Assembly (NCBI GenBank): GCA_030646255.1
Contig: JAUSNF010000056.1
Coordinates: forward strand, 1-54,764
DNA from: Candidatus Burarchaeum sp.
Lineage (GTDB): Archaea > Micrarchaeota > Micrarchaeia > Burarchaeales > Burarchaeaceae
Direction of reading: 5' to 3'
Length of the DNA: 54,764 nt
Position numbers and translations under genes: made by a program. The notes beneath the pieces are model-generated. The model was given only the letters and a program-made list of their open reading frames with translations. It was not told the origin of the DNA and did not search any database. Position 1 is the stretch's first letter. Every line of letters starts with the position of its first letter. Of this stretch, positions 43,176 through 52,443 are shown piece after piece.

Positions 43176-43595
43176 TTATTTCCGCGCGGCGGCCTCGACC
43201 TTCTTCCGATACTCTTCCTCCTGCGCCCTGCTCTCGTACTTCTTCCTGTCCCAGCCCAGCCGCATGGTGTCATGCGAGAAGCGGGGTATGAGGTGCACGT
43301 GCGCGTGGAACACGAGCTGGCCCGCAGCCTTGCCTATATTGTGCAAGAGGTTGATGCCCTCGCAGCCAGTAGCCTTCTTCACTGCCCTGCCCAGCTTCAC
43401 ACTGGCCTTTGCAAGCGCAACGCCCTCGGCCTCGGGCATCTCGAGCACAGTCTCATAGTGCTTTTTCGGTATGACCAGCGTGTGCCCATGGTTCACGGGG
43501 TTGATGTCCAGGAACGCGAAAATGTTCTCGTCCTCATAAACTTTCGAGCACGGAATCTCACCCTTCACCAGCTTGCAGAAAATACAGTCGTCCAT
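43176..43595 (-). CDS. HIT-family (histidine triad) nucleotide hydrolase/transferase
   Basis: MDDCIFCKLVKGEIPCSKVYEDE.. and the triad HAHVHLIPR are present. Confidence 0.92.
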   Translation of the reverse strand: MDDCIFCKLVKGEIPCSKVYEDENIFAFLDINPVNHGHTLVIPKKHYETVLEMPEAEGVALAKASVKLGRAVKKATGCEGINLLHNIGKAAGQLVFHAHVHLIPRFSHDTMRLGWDRKKYESRAQEEEYRKKVEAAARK

Positions 43596-43610
43596 TTTCC
43601 CACCGCGCGC

Positions 43611-44390
43611 TCAGCGCCTCCCGAGAATTTTCAGCAGAAGCTCTTTAATAAGTTCAAGCATGCCCTCGCTGCCAACAGGCCTCATGCGCCTCTCGAGCCC
43701 CAGGCTCACCGTTAGCTCATTGAATGCTTTGCTTACATCTGACTTCGGCGCATGCACTACGACAGGCACATGGCAGCCGATGCTCTCGGGCACAATCCTG
43801 TCCTCCCTTATGGTCGCAAGTATCCTCTGCTCGCACGTGTCCTCTATCTCCTTGTAGTGCATCTCATACGTCTTTCCCTGCACGCGGTTGAGCACTATGC
43901 CGTTGACTTTCACACCGCGGTCAGCGGCCATGTCGCACATCTTCACCGCGCTCATCGTGCTCGCCATGTCGGGCGTCACAACTATTATTATGTCAGTGCA
44001 CGCGGAAACAATTTCCTTCACCTCGCGCGACATGCCCGGCGGGGTGTCGATGACGAAATTCTCATACTTTGTCTTGTGCAGGATTTCCTTCAGCCTGTCC
44101 AGCTTCACCTCGCTTTCATAGCCTAAGGTGGATGGCATCACGCGCACGCCGGTCATCGGGTGCACAATTAGCGTTTCCTCAAACCCGCATTTCCCGGCAA
44201 GCACCTTCTGCAGCCCGTCAGCATGGCCGAGCATCCCGAGGTGGAGGCCTGTACTGGGGTTTCCCGTGTCGCCGTCAATAAGCACGACGGGCATTCCCTC
44301 TTTTGCGGCCAGCGCGGCTAGGTTAACGGCTATCGTTGTCTTGCCAACCCCGCCCTTGCCCGAGACAACCTCAAGAATGCGCTTTGCCAT
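43611..44390 (-). CDS. MinD/ParA-family P-loop ATPase, copy 1
   Basis: The deviant Walker A is SGKGGVGKTT and Walker B is FVIDTPPG. The C-terminus GMLELIKELLLKILGRR looks amphipathic, like a membrane-targeting helix. Confidence 0.88.
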   Translation of the reverse strand: MAKRILEVVSGKGGVGKTTIAVNLAALAAKEGMPVVLIDGDTGNPSTGLHLGMLGHADGLQKVLAGKCGFEETLIVHPMTGVRVMPSTLGYESEVKLDRLKEILHKTKYENFVIDTPPGMSREVKEIVSACTDIIIVVTPDMASTMSAVKMCDMAADRGVKVNGIVLNRVQGKTYEMHYKEIEDTCEQRILATIREDRIVPESIGCHVPVVVHAPKSDVSKAFNELTVSLGLERRMRPVGSEGMLELIKELLLKILGRR

Positions 44391-44429
44391 GAGCTGATGA
44401 TTGAAAGCAGAAACTATTAATATGCGGCC

Positions 44430-45215
44430 TCAGCCGCCGCCGAAGCGCCTTGAGAGCCAGGCGAAGAAGCGAGACATGGGATTCCTGCCAACAGCAGCAC
44501 CTCCAAGGATTCCCCGGCCGCCAAAGCCAAGCTCAACAGCGAGGTCATTGAAGTTCCTGCTCACGGCAGAGCGGGGCGCATAAAGCACTGCAGGCATGCG
44601 CGCCGAGATGCTTTCAGGAACTGCCTTGTCTTCCAGTATGGTTGTGAGTATGCGCGCATTGCACGTGCTTTCTATCTCCTTCGAGTGCATCTCATACTTC
44701 TTATTCTGCACCCTGTTCAGCACAAGGCCCGCCACCTTTACCTTCGACTGCTCGGCCAGCTCGATTATCTTCACCGCGCTCATGACACTGGGTATGTCCG
44801 GCGTGACCACTACAATAGTTTCAGTGCACGCGGCTAGTATGTCCTCAACACTTGAGGAAACTCCTGGCGGCGAGTCTATCACCACGTTCTCATGAGGCGC
44901 GCCTTCCAGCACTTCCTTGAACCTCGATGTCTTCACGCCCCGCTGGTACTCAAGCGAGGAAGGCACGACGCGGATGCCTGTTGCAGGATGCATGATGATG
45001 GCCTGCTCGAGCTTGCACTTCCCGTTCAGCACGTTCTGGAGCCCGTTCATGTAGCCCCAAAGCCCGAGCTGAAGCCCCACAGTTGGATTGCCCAAATCTC
45101 CGTCGACAAGCACAATCTCACTATGCGCAGCAGCAAGCGCGCTGAGGTTCACTGCAATAGTTGTCTTGCCAACGCCTCCTTTCCCTGAAAGGACGCTGAT
45201 AATTCGCTTTGCCAT
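44430..45215 (-). CDS. MinD/ParA-family P-loop ATPase, copy 2
   Basis: Tandem paralogue with SGKGGVGKTT and VVIDSPPG. The C-terminal PMSRFFAWLSRRFGGG is also amphipathic and basic. Confidence 0.88.
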   Translation of the reverse strand: MAKRIISVLSGKGGVGKTTIAVNLSALAAAHSEIVLVDGDLGNPTVGLQLGLWGYMNGLQNVLNGKCKLEQAIIMHPATGIRVVPSSLEYQRGVKTSRFKEVLEGAPHENVVIDSPPGVSSSVEDILAACTETIVVVTPDIPSVMSAVKIIELAEQSKVKVAGLVLNRVQNKKYEMHSKEIESTCNARILTTILEDKAVPESISARMPAVLYAPRSAVSRNFNDLAVELGFGGRGILGGAAVGRNPMSRFFAWLSRRFGGG

Positions 45216-45280
45216 GCAATTCTTTTCTCGATGGGCTACTCTCAGCTATCCTATAAATATCTTTGCACTCTGCAGCGGGC

Positions 45281-47011
45281 TCAGTCAATCTCAGTCTTCA
45301 CGAGCTTCCTCAGCGACTTGGCATATTCCAGCCTCTCCTCGCTGAATTGCGCCCCTCCCCGGCCTTCGCCCCTTCTTCTCAGGAACAGGTAGCCAAATAT
45401 GAGCATGATTGCCATAACGCCCGCAAGCGCAACATCGCCCGGTCTAACTGATATTGCGAGCTGGGAGGCTGCAGGCGGGGCAGCTGCTTCAGATGTCATG
45501 ACTATCGGCAGCCGCGCGCTCACCTGCCCGTCATCCGTGAAAAGCACGAATCTCACCAGCTGCGACTCAACGGCATCTTCGGGCGGAGTGACGTCAAAGC
45601 GCGCCGTAAATGTATTGCGCGGCAGCAGGACAACGCTCAGGTAGCTCGGGTCGACGATGAAGCCTGCCGGCGCCTCGAGCGTGAGCGTGACAGGCAGCGG
45701 CTCCTCGCCCATATATAATACAGTTGCAACAACCTGCCCTGCCTCTCCCCTCTTCATTGCGCTGGCGCTCAGGTCCATAATCTGCACAACATTGGAAAGG
45801 TCCACTTTCTTGGTGACCACCAGTTCGGAGTTGTAGTCATTCACATACGGCGAGTATTCTGTGAGAACGCCGGAAAGCGCGTAGGAGACGCCCACCTGCT
45901 CGTGCGAGAGCAGTTCGGGGAACTCCCAGCTAAGGTATTTTTTGCCCTCAAGCGTCAGCACTTCCCCGGGCTTGTCGAGGAATTCCACCCTATCCTTGTC
46001 CATCTCTGTCGGCAGGGTGTCGAACAGCAGCGTGCGCTTCATGTCCTTTGCGCTTGGGTTTCGCACTGAAATGCTCACAAACGTCTTCTTGCCTATGCGG
46101 TCCACCTCTATTGTCCTGAGGAGGATTGGCTGGGTGCGCGCAGGGCTCACGCCCTTTACGCGCAGTATCATGAAGTCCGTGCTGACATCCTGCGCGCTTG
46201 CACCCGTTGCATCAAGCTTCACAAGGTAGTCTCCCTCCATTGCATTCTCAGGCACGCTTATGGCAAGGTCTATCTTCCTTTTCTCACCCGGCATCATCGT
46301 TATCTCGCCCGGCGTGCTGACCCGGAGCCAGTCTGCATCAACCCCTGCGGCCGAGAGCTTCACAACCTGCGCCTCTGCCCGCCGGTTCTCAAACTCAACA
46401 TTCTGGACCGCGGACTGGCCCGCAATCATTTCCTTGAGTACCGGGACTTTTGTGAAGTCAACAGGCCCGCCCATCTTGGGCACCAGCGGAGGCAGGGGCA
46501 CGAACTGTATCGGTTTTAGTTTCTGCTCAGTGTCGGGCTGCAGCCCTCCGCCTCCTCCTCCCGTTCCTCCCCCGCCCACAATGGCAAAGCTGAGCGAAAG
46601 CTCGTTGCTTACGGCCGTCGAGCCGTCGCCAGGGTCATAGGTTACATTGGCCCTTGCAGTGTATGCGCCCACCGGCAACATTCCAGTGGACCATGCCTTC
46701 TGCTGCGTTATCTGCTGGTTGGGCACTATTGAAATGGCACTGTAGTTCACAGTATCAACGAGCACGCTCGCCGCATTGAAGATGTAGACGCGCGCAGTCG
46801 CAGTAGTCGAGGCGGTGCCCGTATTCTCAAACGTGACTGAAAAATCCGTGCTGGAGCCTGCAGTAACCTGGTCCGAGGGCATGGTGAAGCTGTTCAGGAC
46901 TATGGTTGAGTAAAGCTCGCTGTTTATGAAATATGCGCGCGAGCCTGCAAAGTCCGAGTTAGCAATAGGGGCGAGGAGCAGAAGTGCAAGGAACGCCCAA
47001 CCACATTTCAC
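45281..47011 (-). CDS. large secreted surface protein with CARDB/NEW3-like beta-sandwich repeats and C-terminal TM anchor
   Basis: The signal peptide is MKCGWAFLALLLLAPIANS|DFAGSRAYF. There is a poly-Gly linker GGGGTGGGGGG. Repeats of the type ..GDYLVKLDATGASAQDVSTDFMILRVKG resemble the COG1470 family. The C-terminus has the TM segment VALAGVMAIMLIFGYLFL followed by RRRGEG. Confidence 0.7.
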   Translation of the reverse strand: MKCGWAFLALLLLAPIANSDFAGSRAYFINSELYSTIVLNSFTMPSDQVTAGSSTDFSVTFENTGTASTTATARVYIFNAASVLVDTVNYSAISIVPNQQITQQKAWSTGMLPVGAYTARANVTYDPGDGSTAVSNELSLSFAIVGGGGTGGGGGGLQPDTEQKLKPIQFVPLPPLVPKMGGPVDFTKVPVLKEMIAGQSAVQNVEFENRRAEAQVVKLSAAGVDADWLRVSTPGEITMMPGEKRKIDLAISVPENAMEGDYLVKLDATGASAQDVSTDFMILRVKGVSPARTQPILLRTIEVDRIGKKTFVSISVRNPSAKDMKRTLLFDTLPTEMDKDRVEFLDKPGEVLTLEGKKYLSWEFPELLSHEQVGVSYALSGVLTEYSPYVNDYNSELVVTKKVDLSNVVQIMDLSASAMKRGEAGQVVATVLYMGEEPLPVTLTLEAPAGFIVDPSYLSVVLLPRNTFTARFDVTPPEDAVESQLVRFVLFTDDGQVSARLPIVMTSEAAAPPAASQLAISVRPGDVALAGVMAIMLIFGYLFLRRRGEGRGGAQFSEERLEYAKSLRKLVKTEID

Positions 47012-47033
47012 TCATATCGTCCCCATCCAAGCA

Positions 47034-47924
47034 TCATGCCGCACCCTTTTCCTTCACTACGACCGTTATCTGGAAGTAGGGCCTGTCGAGTCCGGACGAG
47101 AACGCGCTGGTGACGTACTTGGTCCTGTAAATTTTGAACCACTCCTTCTCCATATCTGATGGAGGCGGGCCCGGATTCACGCCTATCACGTAGTTGCCGG
47201 GCTTTGCGTCAGGCTTGACCTGGACGTGCACAAGCTGCTTCTGCGCCCAGTCCTCGCCGAATATCGGGAAGGACGGGCCTATCAGCATGCCCTTCGGCTC
47301 AAAGCTGACCTCGAACTGTTTCGCCGCTTCTACCGGGTCCTGCACAACCTTGAAGCCGACCTGCTCGTAGGATACGGAAGAGCTGGCAGGGTATAGCAGC
47401 TCAGCGCCGACGCCCTGGTAAGTCTGCACGAGCCAGCTGGAATATATGTAAGTGGTTGCAGTGAAGGAAGTTCCCTGGTCCGTCTCCACCATCATGTCAC
47501 TCGGGTACACGCCTATGCCCCAAGCGCCCCACCTGTCCCTGGGCGGGTTCTGCATCATGTTCAAGCCAGCGCCTTCGAAGCTTGGGTACCACTCCGGCTG
47601 TTTCCAGTACTCCTCGCCAATGTCCTGCAGGTCCAGCTTTCCGTACTGCACGAGAACACGCATTTCATAAAAGTCCTTTGGGAAGGCTGGAAGGTTCTGG
47701 TAGACTACTTCGGGCAGGTAATCAGGCCTCTTGCTTATCGCCTCGGCCCTCTGCTTCTGTGCCTCTATCAAAAGCTCTATCGGCGTCTTGTCCTTTGCCT
47801 GCTCGGCGGCAGGTGCCGGCGTGGCATTCTGCTGCCCTCCAACCGGGGGCGCAACCTCCTGCTGCGCGCACCCGAAAAGCAGGAGCGCTACCGCGAAAAC
47901 TGCCATGATTGCGAAAAGCCTCAT
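47034..47924 (-). CDS. lipoprotein-like extracytoplasmic protein, family member A
   Basis: ATG 47924 follows GGAGGGGATGGG. The signal and lipobox are MRLFAIMAVFAVALLLFGC|AQQ. It is paralogous to 48764-49684. Confidence 0.65.
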   Translation of the reverse strand: MRLFAIMAVFAVALLLFGCAQQEVAPPVGGQQNATPAPAAEQAKDKTPIELLIEAQKQRAEAISKRPDYLPEVVYQNLPAFPKDFYEMRVLVQYGKLDLQDIGEEYWKQPEWYPSFEGAGLNMMQNPPRDRWGAWGIGVYPSDMMVETDQGTSFTATTYIYSSWLVQTYQGVGAELLYPASSSVSYEQVGFKVVQDPVEAAKQFEVSFEPKGMLIGPSFPIFGEDWAQKQLVHVQVKPDAKPGNYVIGVNPGPPPSDMEKEWFKIYRTKYVTSAFSSGLDRPYFQITVVVKEKGAA

Positions 47925-47971
47925 CCCATCCCCTCCTATATCTTGAAAGAAAAAAAACCAAAAGAATCCCA

Positions 47972-48664
47972 TCAGGTCGTCGGCTGGCTTATGTGCGTCA
48001 GGTTGCGCGTAACTGCGCCGGTTCCGACAGTGCCGGCCGCTGCCGGGAAGTTGTCAAAGAACGCCCACACCCACAGGCTCCTGGACTGCTGGGGCTGAAG
48101 GTCGGCTATGAACGGGCTTGCAGTGTTCGTAATGTTCTTGCACCTGTAGTTTGCTTCCCCTGCGACCGCTTCATGGTCGGGCGCCTTTGTGAGCCCTACA
48201 ATACCTCCCGCCAGGCCGCAGCCCAAGCCGCCTGTTGCAAGCAGGCCGCCCAAGGTTCCTCCGTTCGTGCCGTTGGACGCGGTCACGTTCACGCCCGGAG
48301 GCATGGTCGTGCCGTTGAAGGACAGCGAGATGTTCAGGGGCACAGTGCCGGTGTTCGTGTAATTGAATATCGGGACCGCATCAGTCTGCACGTTCGTAGG
48401 GCCGACGCTGGCGTTTATCCATGCATAGCTCACGTTGGAGGTGTTGAACTCAATTTCCGAAGTAAAGACTGCGTTTCCCTGAGGCAGCGAAAGGTTCGTC
48501 GAACTCGTCGCATTGGTCAGCTGCCCCGGCAGGGTGACGGTAAACGAAATTGCGTGCCTCAAAATGAAGAACACGCGCGTGCTCGCGAAGTCCGCATATA
48601 CAATCGCGGAAAGCAGGAGCAGCATCCCGACAAAAATCACAAAACCAAGAGTTCCAATCTTCAT
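47972..48664 (-). CDS. secreted, sequon-dense Gly/Thr/Asn-rich protein
   Basis: The signal peptide ends ..LLLLSAIVYA|DFASTRVFF. There are 12 NxS/T sequons in 230 aa by my count. The post-signal motif is shared with 45281-47011. Confidence 0.6.
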   Translation of the reverse strand: MKIGTLGFVIFVGMLLLLSAIVYADFASTRVFFILRHAISFTVTLPGQLTNATSSTNLSLPQGNAVFTSEIEFNTSNVSYAWINASVGPTNVQTDAVPIFNYTNTGTVPLNISLSFNGTTMPPGVNVTASNGTNGGTLGGLLATGGLGCGLAGGIVGLTKAPDHEAVAGEANYRCKNITNTASPFIADLQPQQSRSLWVWAFFDNFPAAAGTVGTGAVTRNLTHISQPTT

Positions 48665-48763
48665 ATTTCCACCCCGTTAAGTCGCCAGTATTTTACGGCA
48701 CGCTAATCTGCTTTTGCCATGTTTATAAGCTTTTCCAATTTTTTCGGCGTTGGCCTGGTGCTT

Positions 48764-49684
48764 TCACTCCAGCACGCGCACATGAATCGCATAATATGGC
48801 CTGTCCAGCCCGCTCATGAAGCTGGGCGAAACGTAGGCGAGGCCCTCGGCAGCCCATTTTTCCGCAGCCTCTTCTGAAGGCGGCACAACGTCAAAGTATA
48901 TCTGGTACTTGCCCGGTTTTACATTGCCGCTGACTTTCACATCCACGACAACCTTCTGCGCCCAGTTCTCCTCAAAGACCGGCCACGCAACCCCGAGGAT
49001 GAACTCGCGCGGCCCAATTGAAATGTTGAAGTAGCTGGCCGCCTCTTCCGCACTCACATTCGTGCCTTCTTCCACAACGACATGCGGCTCAAGCGCAACT
49101 GCCTGCCTGTTCATCACAAGCCAGCTCGTTGTGAAGAAGTTGGCTGAAACGAACGCGCCCCCTGCACTGGCATCAACAAAATGCTCTACAGGATAGCCGC
49201 GCATGCCTGATGCGCCCCACCTGTTCTGAGGCGGCTCCTGCATCAGGCCCACGCCGCTGAGCCAGAAGCCCGGGTAGAATTCGGGCTGTTTCCAGTATTC
49301 CTCCCCGAGGGCAGCAAGCTCGCTCCCGTTCAGGTAGTTGAGCGTAACAAAAACCGCGGCCTTGTGCAAGTCCTTCGGGAACTCCGGAAGCTGCGCGAAT
49401 AGCGAGGCTGAAAGGTCGTGGCCGCGGGAGCCATTCATCTTCTCGGGCCCGAGCATGAGCCCAAGCCGTTCGCACGACACGTTGTGCCCGCTGCGCGAGT
49501 AAAAGCACGGAGGTTCCACGGTCTTGTTGAGTTCAGGAGGCTTGACGGGCGGGCTCTGCCCTGCAGAATCCTGCATTGAAACATATGCGAGCGCGAGCAC
49601 CAGCAGGATGGCTGCGGCTGCAAGTACGAGCTGTTGGCTATTTTGTTTCTGTACGTTCTTGCGCATGTCAATCTCTTCGTTCAA
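48764..49684 (-). CDS. N-terminally anchored extracytoplasmic protein, family member B
   Basis: The TM anchor is LVLAAAAILLVLALAYVSM. It shares EEYWKQPE(W/F)YP, NRWGA, (S/T)SWLV, (D/N)WAQK and SGLDRPY(F/Y) with 47034-47924. Confidence 0.65.
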   Translation of the reverse strand: MNEEIDMRKNVQKQNSQQLVLAAAAILLVLALAYVSMQDSAGQSPPVKPPELNKTVEPPCFYSRSGHNVSCERLGLMLGPEKMNGSRGHDLSASLFAQLPEFPKDLHKAAVFVTLNYLNGSELAALGEEYWKQPEFYPGFWLSGVGLMQEPPQNRWGASGMRGYPVEHFVDASAGGAFVSANFFTTSWLVMNRQAVALEPHVVVEEGTNVSAEEAASYFNISIGPREFILGVAWPVFEENWAQKVVVDVKVSGNVKPGKYQIYFDVVPPSEEAAEKWAAEGLAYVSPSFMSGLDRPYYAIHVRVLE

Positions 49685-49695
49685 TAAACTTTACA

Positions 49696-50130
49696 TCAAC
49701 TTTTCGTTTCCTCCTCAAAGCGCTTCTTAAGCTCGGGCAGGAAACTCACCGCGAAGCCCAGCGCCTCCTTGCATGTTTCGGGCGATATATGCGCAGCGCC
49801 GTACATGCACTTGTTCCTGAGGATCCTGAGCCTGTCGAAAGTGGAAATCAGGTGCTGCGGGAAACCGCAGAATTCCCTGAGGAAAGAAATCTGCGCTTCG
49901 TGCGAATACGGCTTGTATCCTTTCAGTTCCATGAGTGCCTGGGACGCTTCCCTCAGTACCTCATAGGTGCCCTCGAATATGAAGGGCGCAGTATCCTTCC
50001 CTATTTTTTGCGCCCTGACATATCCGAGCCGCGCGTAAGCCCTGCTCATCAACGCAGCCGCGCTCTCCTTATTCGGTGCAGTTTTCTTCACCATTCCCTT
50101 GTCTAAGTAAAACTGGAAGTTTTCTATCAT
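49696..50130 (-). CDS. HEPN-domain protein
   Basis: The roughly 140-aa helical protein has ..FDRLRILRNKCMYGAAH.., an Arg/His region typical of HEPN partners of minimal nucleotidyltransferases. It overlaps the upstream gene by 4 nt. Confidence 0.7.
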   Translation of the reverse strand: MIENFQFYLDKGMVKKTAPNKESAAALMSRAYARLGYVRAQKIGKDTAPFIFEGTYEVLREASQALMELKGYKPYSHEAQISFLREFCGFPQHLISTFDRLRILRNKCMYGAAHISPETCKEALGFAVSFLPELKKRFEEETKS

Positions 50131-50654
50131 TCAATCAACTTCAGATAACCACATAGGGCAATGCCATTCGCGAGATTGTTGAGGAATTCTTTGCTGCATT
50201 CCTTTATCTTAATTTCATAGATGTTCAACTTCCTGCCAAGCCGCGCTTCGAACTTTTTCAAGCCCAGAGCCTTGCTTTTGCCGGTGACAATGGCGATATC
50301 AATATCACTTTTTGAGGTGTCCTCGCCGCAAGCAAAGCTTCCGTACAGAATGATTGCTGCAGGCTCCTCATATTCATCCCTCAAAAAGTCCACAAGCCCC
50401 GAGTCGTGGATTGCCAGCTGGTTGTAGCACGTTTTCAGATGCCGGAACCGCCCGCTTCTAGCTGCAGATACATTTTCAACGAGCCCGCCTCTCTCCGAAA
50501 CCAGCAGGCCCTCTTTTTTCAGGCGCGCCACGATTTTAGAAACGCCGGGGGCGGATAAGTGCGTGAGGCGCGCCATCTGCCTCAGATGAAACTTCTTCTC
50601 AGGGGCGTCGAAAAACAGCTTCATCACTTTGTAATTGTTATCCTTTGTTATCAT
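50127..50654 (-). CDS. winged-HTH + minimal nucleotidyltransferase (MNT) protein
   Basis: An N-terminal wHTH (LRQMARLTHLSAPGVSKIVARLKKEGLL) is followed by ILYGSFACGEDTSKSDIDIAIV, the GSxxxGxxxxxSDxD NTase motif. A leaderless TATA (CTTTAAATAA) lies about 22 nt upstream. Confidence 0.8.
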   Translation of the reverse strand: MITKDNNYKVMKLFFDAPEKKFHLRQMARLTHLSAPGVSKIVARLKKEGLLVSERGGLVENVSAARSGRFRHLKTCYNQLAIHDSGLVDFLRDEYEEPAAIILYGSFACGEDTSKSDIDIAIVTGKSKALGLKKFEARLGRKLNIYEIKIKECSKEFLNNLANGIALCGYLKLIE

Positions 50655-50801
50655 ATGCCAACTTTAGTTAACAACTGTTATTTAAAGTTTACGGTTGGCA
50701 AAGCGCATGCACGTAATGGAGGCTCGGAAGCCACTCAGGCACCGGTTATTTAATCCGGGCATAACGCTTTTAAGCACCCGAATGATAACTTAGCGAGCGA
50801 C

Positions 50802-52289
50802 ATGTTTTCCAAAGGCCAGGCGCGCTTTCCGCTGCTGCTAACCATCTTCCTTCTCGCAGGCCTTGCCATCTCGCAGACCGAGCCTCTTCCGCCCTCCCTC
50901 ATGTGGAATTCGCAGAGTACTGCTGCAAGTTTCGACGGCTCGGCCTACAATTCCGCGAACACGCTTGCAGTGGGCAGCGTGCCCGCAGGCACAATCAGCG
51001 TGCTGATAGCCGGCTGCCCTTCGGACTGGGTGTGCATTGCAGACCCCGCAACCTTTGAGCACGCGGGTTCGGATGCAAGCTATCCTATCAGTTTGCTCAT
51101 AATTGCGCCGCAGGGTTCAACCGGCACAATATCCGCAACCGCATCCAGAGGCTCAGGTGCAACTTCGGGCGAATGGACTGTAAGCTTAACAGCCCAGCAG
51201 CCTGCTGAACAGCCGCCAGAGCAGCCGCCCGCACAGGAAGCCCCTCCTTCGCCAGCGGAGTTCACAGAAGTTTACGGCTGTGGCGAACTGCGCGGCAATT
51301 CAGTGCTTGTGCAGGATATACTTGCAGGGGATTTCGAGGAAGGCAGGCCCTTCTGCTTCATGCTTGCGCCAGACCTTCCTGAAAAATCAGTGCTGGACTG
51401 CCAGGGTCATAGCATAATAGGAAACGGTGAAGGCAGCGGAATCTTCTATTCTGACCATGCCGACAATGGATGGGAAATAAGGAACTGCGTTGTAATGAAT
51501 TTTGAGCTCGGCCTTTTCACGGACTCGGACGACCTGACTGTGCGCAATGTTGAGGTGCGCAACACCGACATTGCATGGCAGCTAGGAGGCGGCTCGCCGA
51601 TAGCAGCCATAGATTCGAGCTTCTCGGACTCGCGCCTCGGAATAGTGTTCTATTACACCCTTCCGACAGTGTTCACGAACGTAAAGGTCAACCGCATAAC
51701 AGAATACCCGTTCGTCTTCGAAGGCATACGGGGCGCAGAGATTGATGAGAACAAGGTTGCAAACCTCACAACGTCCGGCCCCTCGCTGGTAATCAAAAGC
51801 ACAGACTTTGAGATAGTCAACTCGAGGCTGGGTGGATTGGAGTTCGAGGATGGCGACGTAACATCCAACAACATCGTTCTCACAGAAACCAAGCTAACGC
51901 GCGTCGGAGGGGGCGATGCGGAGGAGTGCGATCCCATATCTGGATGCGTGCACAGCCAAGGCTACTGGGAGGCCCACCCTGAGGAATGGCCCGAGGTTGA
52001 GGGCGGGGCGGGCTGGTTCAACGTCACTACGATGACGACGCCTCCTGCAGGAAATGCGTGGTACATGCTGGCGCACCAGTACATGGCGGCAGTGCTGAAC
52101 AGGGAATCCGGCGCCGCCGTTCCGCCAGCCATAGCAGGGGCACTCGAGGATTCCGAGGATCTGTTGGGAGATGAAATTTACGAGATCGGTCCCGACCACC
52201 CTGACAGGGCACTGGCAATAAGCCTTGCGGACACGCTTGAGGCATATAATGCAGGGGGCGGCAATGGACGCGGTCAGGGGCAAAGATAA
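50802..52289 (+). CDS. secreted right-handed parallel beta-helix (NosD/PbH1-like) protein
   Basis: The signal peptide is RFPLLLTIFLLAGLAISQ and there is a Pro/Glu/Gln linker. ..LDCQGHSIIGNGEGSGIFYS..WEIRNCVVMNFELGLF.. is followed by repeated beta-helix rungs. Confidence 0.75.
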   Translation: MFSKGQARFPLLLTIFLLAGLAISQTEPLPPSLMWNSQSTAASFDGSAYNSANTLAVGSVPAGTISVLIAGCPSDWVCIADPATFEHAGSDASYPISLLIIAPQGSTGTISATASRGSGATSGEWTVSLTAQQPAEQPPEQPPAQEAPPSPAEFTEVYGCGELRGNSVLVQDILAGDFEEGRPFCFMLAPDLPEKSVLDCQGHSIIGNGEGSGIFYSDHADNGWEIRNCVVMNFELGLFTDSDDLTVRNVEVRNTDIAWQLGGGSPIAAIDSSFSDSRLGIVFYYTLPTVFTNVKVNRITEYPFVFEGIRGAEIDENKVANLTTSGPSLVIKSTDFEIVNSRLGGLEFEDGDVTSNNIVLTETKLTRVGGGDAEECDPISGCVHSQGYWEAHPEEWPEVEGGAGWFNVTTMTTPPAGNAWYMLAHQYMAAVLNRESGAAVPPAIAGALEDSEDLLGDEIYEIGPDHPDRALAISLADTLEAYNAGGGNGRGQGQR

Positions 52290-52443
52290 CGGCGATGACA
52301 AGGGGAAGGCGCACAGGCGGATGAAAACAACGGCGGATGAACTGCAGTCCGAAAATCGGTGGATGAGATGCGATTGCCTGTAGCAGCTGCCCCTTCCGCT
52401 TCTTCATCATTCGGATTTTATAGTGTATTGGTTGGGTTGTAGC

